A stretch of DNA of 64,000 nucleotides from Amoebidium appalachense (lineage: Eukaryota > Protista > Ichthyosporea). Positions within the stretch are counted from its first letter, which is position 1; each line of letters begins with the position of its first letter. Below the pieces are notes generated by a model. It was not told the DNA's origin and ran no database searches. It saw only the letters and a list, made by a program, of their open reading frames with translations. Of the stretch, positions 26,084 through 57,011 are shown piece after piece. The DNA is taken from assembly GCA_963693365.1 (NCBI GenBank), contig CAVNZM010000002.1, forward strand, positions 15,657,615-15,721,614, written 5' to 3'. The translations under genes were made by a program, and so were the position numbers.

Positions 26084-26365
26084 TTTCCCACTCGTCTCCA
26101 GTTACCACACCGTGCGCGCACACACGCGCACACTTTCACACGTATTTAATGAACACGTGCCTGCCCACGCACGTACCACTCACGCACACGAGGTGCAAAA
26201 ACTTTGACTGTGCAAGGAGCACCCGACATACACATGAACTTCACCCACACCACACACACACATACATTCCCTGCAACACACCAACACCGCACAGTGAGCA
26301 TGATAACCTTGCCCACAATAATTCATAATAACGTAGAAATAGTTGACCGTTGCATGTGTGTGTAC

Positions 26366-26415
<50 letters not shown>

Positions 26416-26622
26416 GTGTGTAGGTGTGCGTGTGTGCGTGTGCGTGTGTACATGCATGTACTTGTGTAAATGAGCAGCGTGAGGGACGGGGGGCAGGGGG
26501 GGGGGGGGGGGGGATCATGAGTGGGGCGGGAGGGGCAGCAGGGGAGAGGGGGAGGGGGAGAGAGGGAGAGGGGATTAAGTAATGCATCCGGCAGAAGAAG
26601 AGCACCGGCACGAACGGGTGGG

Positions 26623-26672
<50 letters not shown>

Positions 26673-26750
26673 ATGGGCGCGCACGGACGTGTTTGTGCGC
26701 GTTGTGTGCGTGTGTGTATGGCGTGTGTTTGTGTGTGTGTGCGTGAATGT

Positions 26751-26781
<31 letters not shown>

Positions 26782-26941
26782 GGGGGGGGAGGGAGGGAGG
26801 GGGGGGGGGGGGGCTTGGGATATGCATCAGTGACCAAAACGGAGGCAATTCCTCCGAAAGAGAAGGAAAGAAAAAAAGTGACGAATGCAACCTTTGGTGG
26901 GTGGGAAAGAGGCCGGCCATAATCACGCGCATGCCGGCGGG

Positions 26942-26974
<33 letters not shown>

Positions 26975-27036
26975 CATCCCCCCGGCTAGGTGGGTCCCCC
27001 CCTTCCGGGGGGGGGGGGGGGGTGGTACCCTCCTCC

Positions 27037-27074
<38 letters not shown>

Positions 27075-27420
27075 TTCAAACTGAAAGAGTTCAGCTGTTC
27101 CATTCGATCCTACCGAAAATAAATTTTAGCCTGACCAACGCCGGCTGGTATATATACCGGTCAGTATACGTGTGGCATACAAAGTGACTACATAAATATC
27201 AAAGGCCCGGGGTACATTTTTTTTTTTTTTTTTTGCAAGTTGTAAACGTGCCAGCGCACAGCGACTGACTGCCGGGGTCCGACAGCGATAGCGGCCGGGC
27301 CCACACATCCGCATTAGCCTTTTTTGGCTTTTGCTGGCTCATCGGGACAAAGTTTCCCAGGGCTGATCTCATGATCTTATCTTAAAATAAATACACACAT
27401 TTGATTGGCCCAAAGTTTTG

Positions 27421-29722
<2,302 letters not shown>

Positions 29723-29820
29723 CAAGTTGTACTAGTCAACTAGACACTAGACACATGTCATTTTGCCGAACAATTCACTTAAGGAGGTTTCAGGGAGATT
29801 TTTCTTCATGAAAAAAAATA

Positions 29821-43694
<13,874 letters not shown>

Positions 43695-43924
43695 ATACAT
43701 TACTGGAACAAGTCAGTCTAATAGCCATAGGTGGGTGAATAATTGGGTAGGATAGTGGATGGGTGGGTGGGAAAGCGTACCTCACTCTTTTTTTTCTTTT
43801 TTCTTTTTTTTTTTTCTTGGAGGAGGGGGGGAAGGGGGGAGGGGGGGGAGGGACGAAGGAAAAGGCAAGGGGGGAAGGGGCAGGGTCGTTCATAGGTGAG
43901 TGCATGAGTGTGTAGGTGGTAGAA

Positions 43925-43956
<32 letters not shown>

Positions 43957-44029
43957 GTATGCTGTCCGTGTATGCGTGCCTGTGATCCATGCTTGTGTGA
44001 GTGTATGCGTGTGTGTATGAGTGTTGGTA

Positions 44030-44125
<96 letters not shown>

Positions 44126-44226
44126 TGTGCGTGCGTGTGTGTGTGTGTGTGCGTGTATGTGTGTGTGTGAGTGTACGTGCGCGCACGTGTGTATGTACCA
44201 CTCCTCCCTCCTCTCCCCCTCCTATA

Positions 44227-44259
<33 letters not shown>

Positions 44260-44300
44260 GTTTCTCTCCTCTCTGTTCTCTCTCTCTCTCTCTCTCTCTT

Positions 44301-44411
<111 letters not shown>

Positions 44412-44464
44412 GACATTCTTCTCTTTCTCCTATATCTCGTGAATATGATTTGTACACGTTGTGG

Positions 44465-44830
44465 ACACGGTACAAACAGAGTGGAATCCCCACTCACAAA
44501 CCTTGATTCAATGGTGTACGTGTGATGGGAAGATATACCCACACGGTACAAAATGGCGTACGCGTGATGGGAAGACATACCCACACGGTACAAAGTAGTG
44601 TACGCGTGATGGGAAGACATACCCACACGGTACAAACTGGTGTACGCGTGATGGGAAAAACATGCCCACACGGTACAAAACAGTGGAGTCTCCACTCAGA
44701 AAACCTGATTCAATGGTGTACACGTGATGGGAAAAACATGCCCACACGGTACAAAAGAGTACAAACCCACTCTGAATTTTCAATGGTGTACACGTAGTGG
44801 ATGAAACATGCCCACACGGTACAAAGAGAG
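44465..44830. repeat. Minisatellite with core GTAC(A/G)CGTGATGGGAA...CCCACACGGTACAAA, about 7 imperfect copies of ~42-70 bp
   Basis: CACGGTACAAA recurs at about 44467, 44543, 44585, 44627, 44669, 44745 and 44815. Confidence 0.85.
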
Positions 44831-45019
44831 TGGAACCCCCACTCCACAATTTCTGTTTTGGACATGTGTCTAAAAGCACATAGCCACCCATCTGCAAAGA
44901 AAAAGTCATTCTGTTTCCGTGGGGAGAGTGTTTATCAACAGCTCTTTCCCCTCCCTCCCTCCCCCCTCCCCTCAAACCACTACCACCACCATCACTATCA
45001 CCACCACCACCATCACTTT

Positions 45020-45173
<154 letters not shown>

Positions 45174-45418
45174 GCACGCGCGCGCGCAACTCATTTGGCC
45201 TGCTCTCGGCAGGGAGCGCGGGGGGGGGGGGGGGGGGGGGAGGGGGGAGGGGGGAGGGGGGGAAGGGGAGGGGGGGGGGGGGACATGACAGCAACAATCC
45301 AGACATGCTAAAGTTGGGAAAGTTTCATTGGCTCTCTGAAACACACGGCATACACACGTACACACGCGTACACACACACACACACACACACACACGTGTA
45401 CAGACCGTGACCCCGATA

Positions 45419-45501
<83 letters not shown>

Positions 45502-46151
45502 ACACACACACACACACCGTACACACACACAGACACACACACACACACACACACCGACACACAACTTTCCCCTTCTACCTATTAACCAAATTGTTCCCCT
45601 ACACACGCACCCACGCACACACATACACACACATGCACACACACACACACACACATGCCCGTACACACATACACACGTACACACCTCATTTCCGTGGCCT
45701 GCTCTAAGCGGGGAACAGGGGCCCCGAGGGGAGGGGGGGGGAGGGGGGGGGGATCCATACTTCCTACTCACCAACTGGGAAGCTAATGGATGTGTCAGCC
45801 TAACCTTGCCGGGCTAATGGCTTGAGAGATATCGACGGATATAAATACCAAAGGGGAGGGGGAGAGGGGGGAGGGGGGAGGAGGGGGACAGCTACAATCT
45901 ACACACACACAAACACACGTGCGTACCCACACACACACACACATACGCACGCGTACACACGTGCACACTCCGTACACACACACAGACACACACACACACA
46001 CACCTATACTCCGAAACACATGCAAGTGTATGCCACGTGCAATAATCTGATTGGCACACAAACCTCCATTGTGTCGCAAGTTGCAACGACTGGCAGTCTG
46101 CAGGTAATTGCCACAGTATCACACGCACGCATGCACGCACGCACACATACA

Positions 46152-46256
<105 letters not shown>

Positions 46257-46436
46257 ACACACACCACAAAAGCTTAAACAGAACGGGAATGGGGAAGAAA
46301 AAACCACGGGTAAGAGAAGGGAACAGCAATGGAAGGGAACGAAAGGGATCAGGGAAACAGAGCAAGCAACGGGAAGAGCACGAGCAAACAAACAACAAGG
46401 GAAGAGCAAGGTATAAGGGGAAAACAGCAACGGCCG

Positions 46437-46987
46437 ATGAGTCCCACAATTCAGATTCCAGCTGAAAATAAAAAATCTTTATTCAGATATGTAAACGAGT
46501 CACAAATCTCCAAAAAAACAACACGCACAGTCCCCTCTTTAACCGCAACTGTCATAAATTATTATTCTGGCATATATACACCAACTACAAAACGTAGCGA
46601 TCGCATTCAGTTCAAAGTCTATCCGGTTTCAGCATGGCAGCTGACGGTGGAGAATTGATGGCACTACATACCGATTTCAGAGGGTATTTACCTTCTCTCT
46701 CTCCAATTCAACTGAAAAACCCGAAGCATTACTGTTTAGCAACAGGAACGCTTAAGTTCCCCAACTGTTTCAATCCTACAGATCGATGGGGTGCCGGCAC
46801 ATGGTCGGTATATTTCAAAAGTGACACACATGGAGTCTACGGGAAACTGCATGTAGTACCAGCCATACAAAAGGTTGAAGGGCACGGACCAATTCACCAA
46901 AACGAGAAAGTCAACGTACGTTTTCATTTCCATTGTGTTCTGGTGAAGAAAGAATACAAGGCACTCCAGTGTACTTCCACGCAATAG
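46437..46987 (+). CDS. Orphan intronless cargo ORF(s) inside the Helentron, probably one frameshifted gene of ~180 aa
   Basis: Two overlapping high-complexity ORFs (MSPTIQIPAENKK... 46437-46658 and MAADGGELMALHTDFRGYLP...VRFHFHCVL 46634-46987) form a microsatellite-free island. Confidence 0.4.
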
Positions 46988-47299
46988 GAACACAATTGCT
47001 TTCAACTCCAACTTTAACGAATGGTGATTTCATAAATCCCTAAATCACCGTCGACAACAACACCGCCACAGCAACAGGTACAGCCTTCCCATACCTACGT
47101 ACGGTTGTTTACCGTTATTTATCACTGGTATGCCGGTAGTGAAATGTAATTGGTTGTTGCTGCAAAGAAAATGTCTTTCTGTTGCCGTGGGGAGAGTGTT
47201 TATCAACAGCCACTCCCTACCACTCACACGCGCATACCATATCATGTGCACGCAAACACACACAAACACACACACACAAACACACACACACACACCTCT

Positions 47300-47350
<51 letters not shown>

Positions 47351-47416
47351 CGCACTGCAGACACACGCGCACGCACACACACACACACACACACATGTGT
47401 GCACAATACACACACA

Positions 47417-47466
<50 letters not shown>

Positions 47467-48123
47467 CTGCATCCTCTCCCCTTCCCCTTCCCCTCCCCCC
47501 CCCCCCCCCCCCCCCCCCCCCAACCCACACACACACACCCATAACACCCAACACACACAAATCAACACACCCGCACTGCATAAGTGCCTAACTCCTCTCA
47601 TATGGTAGCTCCCCCGCCCGCACACACACATGCAACTTCCCTCTCCCTACCCGATACCTCTTCTACCTCCTCCCCCAACCCGCCTCTCCTTCACCTCCCC
47701 CACACACGCACACACACACACGCGCGCGCGCGCGCTACGCTTCCCCACTGCCTCGTATGGAGATTGGGCCACAGATCGAGGCTCCGCCGAGATCAGTTTT
47801 ATTTATTATATAGGTAAAAAGTGGGGGTAGTTTCGTATATTGACTTGTGTAGAGGCAGAGCTCGGGGGTCCGGTCTTAATGACGTCACTAATTGAGAAGG
47901 AGGGCAAGCACAAGAAAAGCACCGATCAAGTTGGGGGCCGCGAGAGACTTTCCTGTTTGCGAAAAGGAAACGAAAGTCCATGTGTGCACCACGTTACGCG
48001 GCCTAAACAAACGAAAAATATTAAACGTAAAACTAGGGAACTAAATTGTATGTTTACTTGTTATTTAGTTTTTACCTTCTGTTGCGAATCTTAAAAGGTA
48101 TACCCCTAAGGGGTGCCCACACT

Positions 48124-49641
48124 ATGCCCTCTCGTTGTGTAGCAGACCACTGCAAGGCCACTGCTGGGCCTGGTTGTAAGCAGGTGCTTATTCGAAGGCA
48201 CAGTGCAGAGGTTGTTAGTTCGTGGTTTAAGCAAATACGGTCAAGGTACACGGAAGATGACCTGAGGAAGGATCTAGGGGTGTGCCATGTCCATTTTCCC
48301 GAAGGGTCATTTGTGTTCGGCCCCACTGGGCGAGCAACCTTAGTGGCTGGGGCCATACCGTACACACGTGAGTAAGAGGAAGGACTACGCCGGCAGGCCG
48401 AAGACGCCAAAAGGCAGCGGGAAGCAGACTTGCTCTTGGGGGAGGACGGACGCACCAAGCGTCGTCGCGAGCGGGAACAAAACGCATCGGTTGATGAGCT
48501 CAACAAACAGATCGGCACACTCAACATTGTGGTGGGGAAGCGAAACAAGCAGATTTCAGACATGGACTCGGAACTTAAACAGTTGCGGGACAAATGTGCC
48601 GTTTTGGAAGCACGTATGGAGACTGTTGAGCGCAAAAACGAGAGTCTTGGTCAGCCTCTGAAAGAGAAAGAGATTAACTGCATCAGCAAACTCACCTACG
48701 ATGGTGTTGTGCAGTCGGACTTCAAAACTCGTTTCTACACACATTTCACAACGGGCAATGCGTTCAAAGCGTTCATTTTGCTCTGTTTCGAATTTCACCT
48801 CCACCTTCTGTATATGGGGGTCGACCCAGTTACTGGGGTGGGGGCTCGGGGCCCAAAGAGAGCACTGTCGTTTGAGAACGCAATCCTGCTGGTGCTTGTG
48901 AGACTGCGGCACAATTTCCCGAATCACCACATGGCCTTCCTGTTTAACATAGGTGAAAAGACACGAAAAAAGTTTTGGCGGGGCTTGTATTTGCTTAAAT
49001 GCATGTTCGAACACCCTCTTTTGGATCCACTACAAAACGGTGCATTTACTGCAGCCGCCGTAACTGCAAACGCCCTGCCTTGTTTCAAGCAAAACTATCC
49101 CCATGTCGCTATGATCTTGGACTGCACGGATTTCTTTATTCAGGTGGCTAGTAACACTGAGCTCCAAAAGCTTACATACTCCAGATTTAAAGGACACAAC
49201 ACTGTAAAAGTTTTAGTTGCCATGCTTCCCTCTGGTGAAATATTCTATGTATCATCGTGTTATCCAGGTAGAATAAGTGACCGTCTTATTACTGATGTGT
49301 CGGGCATAATATAAAAATGCTGGCCTGGTGCACAGGTTATGGCAGACAAGGGTTTCCTCATAGAAGATCTGCTCAAACAAGCAAATATGCACCTTGTTAT
49401 CCCTCCCTTCCTTGCAAAGGGAACAATCTTCTCACAGGAGGAGCTGGCCTCCACCCGTGATATTGCCGCTGTGCGGATTCATATTGAGCGGGCTATTGGG
49501 CGGGCGAAGGAGAACAAGATCCTCACGGATACTGTTCCCATCACCATGGTGCCCAATCACTCCCAGGTTGTCCGAGTTTGCTTTGGGCTTACACGCTTCC
49601 AAGGCAAACTCGTGCACTGGGAGGAAGAAGGGGGCCCATAA
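48124..49641 (+). pseudogene. THAP + HTH + DDE_Tnp_4-type transposase interrupted by two in-frame TAA codons
   Basis: THAP C2CH (CVADHC...W...VCHVHF...AIP), coiled coil, LLVLVRLRHNF..HMAFLFNI, ILDCTDF, YSRFKGHNTVK, GRISD, MADKGF, RIHIERAIGR. All lie in one frame with stops at 48373 and 49312. Confidence 0.88.
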
Positions 49642-50287
49642 TAAAGCTAATTCAACGGTTTTGTCCCCTCCAGCCGCCCCCCCCCCCCCCCCCCCCCCCC
49701 CCCCTTCCGCCCCCCCCTTTTCAGTTACCCAGTCCCCGTGAAAAAATGTATATATAAAAATACCAACATAAACAAATGGCGCGTGTTTATGTTTTTCACT
49801 GAAACGGGGGGGAAGGGGGGGGGGGGGGGGGGGAGGGAGGGGGGAGAGGGGGGGAAGGGGAAAGGAAGCCTTTAGAAAAACACGAGCCCGACAGAGAGGG
49901 AAAAAAACGAAACCTTCCTGTCTCCCCCCCTCCCCCCCCCCCCTTCCCCCCCCTCTCCCCCCCAGGCCCCTCCTCCCGCCTATTCTTCCCACACAAAACC
50001 ACTACACATTCCTGGGTGCGCACGCACGCACGCAAGCAAGCACGCACGCACGCACGCACGCACAGACGCAAGACCTTGTCATCTCAGCAGTTGTGGTAAC
50101 AGTAGACCTTCATTCGTTACAGCACATGGCATACATAACCTAGTGCACAGCACTGCCTATTTACAATTTTCATTACATTTATACAGAACACAAACACCAT
50201 TTATTATCCTTAACCGGTTATGGTTACCATATAGCAGTACTACTAGCGTTACTAATTTATAAAAGAGATTTATCACTTTACATCGAT

Positions 50288-51150
50288 CTACCTTTTCTTT
50301 CGAGCGAGTACAGATGCCTTTGCGGCCCGGGCCTCTCTGGCATACCCATCATTTATATTATCTATTAATTTCATCAACGATTTAACAATATCTGCATTCA
50401 CGGCCACATTAGCATTCAGCCATGGATTCTCGCGCAAGAAAATAGGATTCATATGACACCCTACTTCCTTCCTCTTAAACTTGCCACTATCTTTTTGCCC
50501 AGACCCCCCTCCACTCGGGCCATCACCGTCAAGATCCATTTCACCCTCATCCCCACCCCCGTTCCGTTCCCTGCCATCACCTACCCCACCACCTTCCCCA
50601 ACCTTTCCTTTTCTTGTAGGCATGTGAGGCTCCCTTCTTTGAAAAATATACTGCTCGATGGGTTTTATTATATCTTTCGACATCTGCCCCGATGGAACTC
50701 CCCACCATTTTTGTTGGCTAGTACTTGCAAACAACTGTGGTTCATCCCCGGGGACCCGACCAGAGAGCCTCACAATATCGGCGTTTGTGTGTATGAGTGC
50801 AGCTTGGTGTGTGCATGCAATGCGAGCCTGTGGACACTGACACCAACCATCTATCACCTTCTTCACCACGTTGTTCTCCTCCTCCAGCTCCAAATGCAGA
50901 TAGGCGACATAGAAGTCCGTGGCCATGGAACGGGGCACTAAGCCTCGCAGAAGTACCTTGCGGCCGTCCTTGCAGTAGGAGACCGCCAGGTACTCACTGC
51001 ACGACATTGCCCGCCGCCAACTGCGAACAAAATTCTTGAGGGGAAAGTGCTGCATGATTACCTGCACATGTGTATATAGGTGTCCGCGCAAGCACGTGTG
51101 TAGTGTGGATATTCACAGTGTGTGTAGGGAGAAAGCGCGGGAAAGGGGAG

Positions 51151-51208
<58 letters not shown>

Positions 51209-51915
51209 TGTCAGTCTTTATGTATTCCCAATACCCCCTCCCCCTTCTCCCCACCCCCCTCCAACTCCCGTTCACCCCCCCCCTTCCCCTCTCCTTCCTC
51301 CCTTCCCCGGGTCCATAGTCCTCCATCCCTCGGCCTTCATCTCTTCTGTACCCCTTTTCCCCTTTACCCAAGAATCCCAGCCCCCTCTCCTTCCGAACTG
51401 CACTGACATATCTATCTCCTTGCCCCCTGCCCCCCCCTCCCCCCCCCCCTCCTCCCCCCCCCCCCCCCCCCCCCCGAGAAACCATCACTCTTATCTACAC
51501 CCTCCCCCCCCCTCCACTCCCCTCTTCGTTTTCTTTTCTACCTCTCTCCCCTTCGAGCTTCTTTCCCACACACCTTCCTACCTTCACTCTCCCATCTTTA
51601 TCCCCCCCCCCCCCCCCCCTCCTTTTCCGAGCTTCACTCCCTTAACTACTCCCCTTCTCCCCCCCAACCTTCCACCGGGGCTTCTTCTCCCCCTCCCCCC
51701 ACCCCCCCACCCCCCCCCCCCGGCTTTACCATCATATGTATGTGTGGAACCATACCCTACCTCATCTGCCCATCAAAGACAAAAACAGGCACAGGGGTAG
51801 CTCCCAGTCCATGTTGCCAGAAGTGTATTTCTTTTTTGAACTTTTCGGTTATCTTTTCCACTATTGCTTTTGGTAACACTATTGTGTGTGGGCTGTCAGA
51901 TGTGTGCAATAACAT
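50288..51915 (-). CDS. SWIM zinc-finger accessory protein (ORF2) of the ISL2EU-like element
   Basis: Main exon 51061-50288 contains GLVPRSM...Y...GWCQCPQARIACTHQAALI...STSQQKWWGVPS...KPIEQYIF. A probable upstream exon lies at 51915-51761, but its phase does not match directly. Confidence 0.75.
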
Positions 51916-53274
51916 AGCTAGTTCATGGCTTTCCTTCGACTTTGCAGGTACACTACTAAGGGCCTTGTGAAGAATAGCACTAGCTAATCAATGCCCACCC
52001 GCTTGTCACAAACTAGAGAGCTCGGCAAAAGTGCACCCCTTTTTCTTTTTCTCCGTCAGGCCAACCACTGGTAAAAGATTATCAAACCCCATTTTTTACG
52101 TTTACTTTTCGTGTGCTTGTTTTGTTTTCGTGGCCTTTTCGTTTTCGTGGATCGAACGCACATTTTGGACCCCTTGCCCTCCTTCTCGGAGCGATCGCCG
52201 CTGTGACGTCATTGTTACTGAACCCCTATAAAGGTGAAAGCATTTATGTAGATTCTCAGAAGCAGTAGACACATGTATACGGTATCTAGGAAGCCTGGCC
52301 TTGAACACACGCACAACGTATATTCATCACATGTAAATAAGCATACGTGTGAACATGATCCCTGTGCAACCCGAGAAGAGCGAGCCACGGGCAGTTATCC
52401 ACATTCAACCGTTAGGACCCATTTTCAGTGTTCCTAGACAGCATGGAGGGGTCGTCGTTGCGGCCCCTGTCTGTGGCTACCCTGGTCCAACAAGTAAGGC
52501 CTTTGTGTCGGTTTGGTGTTGCTGTTGGAGTAGGATCGTAGCGATGTGTTGGCCTGGCACACGCTGAACTGATAAAAGTGTGCTGTAGAGTAAGAGAGCA
52601 TCTTATCCGCCCCAACCCCCTGCCCTTTCCTCCCATCCCCCTCCCCTCCTCTCTCTCCTGACCCCACCTCCCCCGCCCCTCCACAAAAACACACAACCAC
52701 CACTGTCACCACCATCAACACCACCACCACCTACTCCCCGATCATTCCCCCTCCCCCCAACTCCCCCCCAGCCCCCCCACCCCTCCCTCCCCTCCTCCCC
52801 CCCCCCCCAACCCACCCACCCCACCCCGGGGGCCCAGTTATTTACACAGCCGAAACTCTGTCTTCACTTATTTCAGCTCCTATGCTTAAATACTCGGTAA
52901 CACGACGACTTCTCTTTATTCCCATCTATTCTTTGCGACATTCTTTTTCCCATCTTCCCATTCCCTTCCCCTAACCGTCTCTTCATCCTCCCCCCTTCCC
53001 CCCGCCCGCCCCCCTCCCTACCCCCCCCCCTCCACCCCCACCCCTTTCCCTCCTTCCGCCCGCTCATCCATCTGTCCTAGCAACGGTTCCCCTGCCTTCC
53101 CTCCCTCTCCTGCCCCCTCAGCCTTCTCCTCACCATGTTCGTTGCCAACCCCCCCCCCCCCCCCCCCCCCCAACCTCCCCCCACCACCACCAGCAACACC
53201 ATCGCCATCTCCCATACCCACCAAATGTTTTCTTTCCAAAACACTTCTGCTACCCCTGCCTCCACTTGCCCCGT

Positions 53275-53997
<723 letters not shown>

Positions 53998-54020
53998 GCA
54001 TGCTCTTTCTCTTCACACAG

Positions 54021-54453
54021 GTGCCCCCTCCTTCCACCACCATAGGTGTGCAAGGCCGATTGATTCACCGCCGTGCGCTCAGCAAACGTCTTCTTTTCTG
54101 GACGATGTGTGATGTCAACGAGGAAAACGAAAGCATAGATGTGGTGTTCAAATCGCAGGATGTGGAGGGAGAGTTAACCACTGAGCAGTTGATCGATGTT
54201 AGAGCAAGACTGAAGGCAGGAGATGTTGTAGTGGTGATGGGAAGGTGGGAGGGGGGAGAGGAGGGGGAGAAAAAAGGGGAGTTGGTGTGTACGGGGGAGG
54301 TTGTTGTGGTGGAAGAATGGAAGAAACTGGGGAAGGGAACGTTTGTGCCTAGGCCTGGTGTGAAGGGAGGGAACAAGAAGGACGACAAGGAGAATAATGG
54401 TGAGTGGAATGTAGGTGTGGTGTTTGTGTGTGGGGGGTGTTTGTGTTTGTGTG

Positions 54454-54530
<77 letters not shown>

Positions 54531-55581
54531 GTGCGTATATATGTGTGTGCGCGCGTGTGTGTGTACGTGTGTATGCATGGTGTGCTTGTGTGTTTATGAT
54601 TGAGCTTTGTGTTCGTGACCTTGTGTGTGTTGTGCGCTCCTATGTGTGGTTCGGTATGTGTAGGCTGGAAGGATAAGGTGTGCCGCAGGGATGTAAATTT
54701 GCACCTTTGTGCTGTTCCCTGTGGGAGCAGTCTTTGCTAGACAGGATAATGTACATCCGTGATAGAGTGTGCCCCCCCCCCCCCCCCCTCCCCATTCCCC
54801 CCCTCCCCCCCTTCCCCCACTGCCCCCTTCCCCACCCCAGAACAATGTATGTGCATTATGTGTAGCCCCCCCCCCCCCCCCCCCCCCCCCTCCCCCCGGG
54901 CCCTCCCCTCCCTTCCAATTCCGGAGCAATGTATGTGCATGGTGCAATTCTCCCTCCCCCCTCCCCCTCCCCCTCCCCCTACCCCCTTAAACTATCCACT
55001 CCCGGGCTCCTTGTCATAATGCTGCAGGGAAGGCCTCAAAGTTCAAACGCTTTTAGATTCTCCCGTTACATATCCGTTGCCTGACCATATATGGTGCATT
55101 CCACAGGGGTGTGCAAATTCTTCGTCAACACGGGGCAATGTCCACGTGCCCAGTGTGCATTTTTGCATCCCTCTGGAGCACGTGGTGAGGCTCAAAATGA
55201 TTGGTCGACGCAGAGGAGGGCAGAGAGGCGGGGCAAAGGAGAAGACGATGATCCACACCTGGGGACCAAGCAGAGTCATTGGAGAAGGACAGAGGTGCTA
55301 GCTAATTGGCTAGTTTCAAATTTTGGAAGGTGGGTTTTTGCATCTAAAATTACCGGTTTCTGACTTTTTGCCTCTCTGTTTTATGTGCATTCTGCTGTCT
55401 GATTGGTAGGTTGGAGTGTCTACCTTTTTCAAACGTAAATTTCCTATTCAGACTCAATCCCCCACTCCCCCCCCAAGCCATTGCATGCACACACGTCTTT
55501 CAACACACGATGTGAAGTTCTTAACCTATTCTCCCTCACTTTTTCGTTAAAAACCAAAACATTGTATACGCTGCTCCCCCT

Positions 55582-55613
<32 letters not shown>

Positions 55614-55819
55614 CCCCCTCCCCCCCAACCACCACCCCCACCACCACCAGACACACACACACACGCACCTACAAGCACACACATCGACTGATTTATGGTC
55701 AGTGAATATGTTTTATGCCCCCTTTCTCCATATTCTACGTCTTCACCCATTCACCCCTCTTTCCTATGCATTATTGATATGTATGTAGTGGTTATATTTA
55801 CCAAGACTGAACCTCCCTC

Positions 55820-55905
<86 letters not shown>

Positions 55906-55942
55906 GCGCACGCACACACACGCACACACACACGCACGCACA

Positions 55943-56007
<65 letters not shown>

Positions 56008-56790
56008 TGCACACACAGGGACCGCCTCTCTCAAGGAACTGGTGTTTTGGATGTAGCGGGTGGAGCAGGGGCCCTATCGTTCGAGTTGCACGTCATACGA
56101 CACATACCGTGCACACTAGTGGATCCACGAAGGGAAATCGGGCTGAGCAAAAAAAATAGAAAGATTCTGCGTGCAATGTTGAAAGAGAAAACCGCGGAAG
56201 GGAAGGAGAAGAGGGAGGTGGGAGAGGATGGGGAAATGCGAGAAGGAAAGAGGAGAAGGCGTGAAGAAGGGGAAGGGAAGGAATGTGGGGAGGGGGGGGG
56301 AGAGGGGGATGTGGACGAACAGGGGGAGGGGGAGGGGATTACAGATGGGAAGGGTGAGAAGGGAGAGGGTGGGGAGGATATAGGGAGGGGAGGGATGGAT
56401 GTGGAAGGAAGAGGAGAGGATGTGCTTCTGTGTGAGGCACACAAACACGAGATATTGTTCAAACACGTGCGGGAAATGGTAGATTCTAGCAACATGCACG
56501 TGCTGGCAGGCCAAGCATCCCTATTGGTCGGGCTTCACCCCGATCAGGCCACCGATCTAATCGTAGATTGTGCGATTAGATTAGGCAAACCGTTTGCCAT
56601 AGTTCCATGTTGCGTTTTCGCACGCACTTTCACCAATAGGAGAACGCCAAACGGTGAGCCTGTGGCCACATACGAAGATCTGATTGGCTATTTGGTTGCT
56701 AAGCAACCCGGCATCCAGGTAGACTACCTTCCATTTGAGGGCAGAAATAAAGTCGTTTATTGGCTCGGACCCGGTAAGCAGGCCGAGTGA
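54021..56790 (+). CDS. OB-fold + CCCH zinc finger + SAM-dependent methyltransferase-like protein; first exon uncertain (possibly ATG 52882, MLKYS)
   Basis: Exons 54021-54399, 55107-55329 and 56019-56790 join in phase. VQGRLIHRRALSKRLLFW (OB-fold start), CKFFVNTGQCPRAQCAFLH (CCCH), VLDVAGGAG (SAM motif I), VGLHPDQATD...KPFAIVPCCVF. Confidence 0.8.
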
Positions 56791-56978
56791 TAAAGAGCCA
56801 ATGGCTGTCCATTAAGTCTGTCGAAGGGCCTTGGCATATGCAATACCGCGATGGATTTTGGGCCTGTCCCTTTCTTCTTTATCCTCCCCCCCCCCCCCCC
56901 CCCCCCCCTCCCCCCCCCCCCCCCCTCCGGGCACCCCACTCACACACACATGTACACACTTACACACACACACAAGAG

Positions 56979-57011
<33 letters not shown>

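Larger units (their letters stand above)
47864..52227. mobile_element. ISL2EU/PIF-Harbinger (PHIS)-like DNA transposon with two convergent genes
   Basis: Imperfect TIRs: left GGGGTCCGGTCTTAATGACGTCAC...GAGAAGGAGGGCAAG (47865-47908) versus the reverse complement of 52173-52226, GGGGTTCAGTAACAATGACGTCAC...GAGAAGGAGGGCAAG. Contains a THAP-DDE gene and a SWIM gene. Confidence 0.8.

Noticed and set aside
27375-27400. Helitron1-style A|TC 5' end for the large element
   Set aside because: No matching hairpin-CTRR 3' end was found; the subTIR plus stem-loop structure at 27421 and 47800 fits better.
44465-44830. CRISPR-like array
   Set aside because: The inter-repeat segments are related to each other rather than unique spacers, no cas genes are present, and the context is eukaryotic.
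52349-52570. Short high-complexity ORFs right of the ISL2EU-like element
   Set aside because: No recognisable motif or coherent exon structure on either strand.
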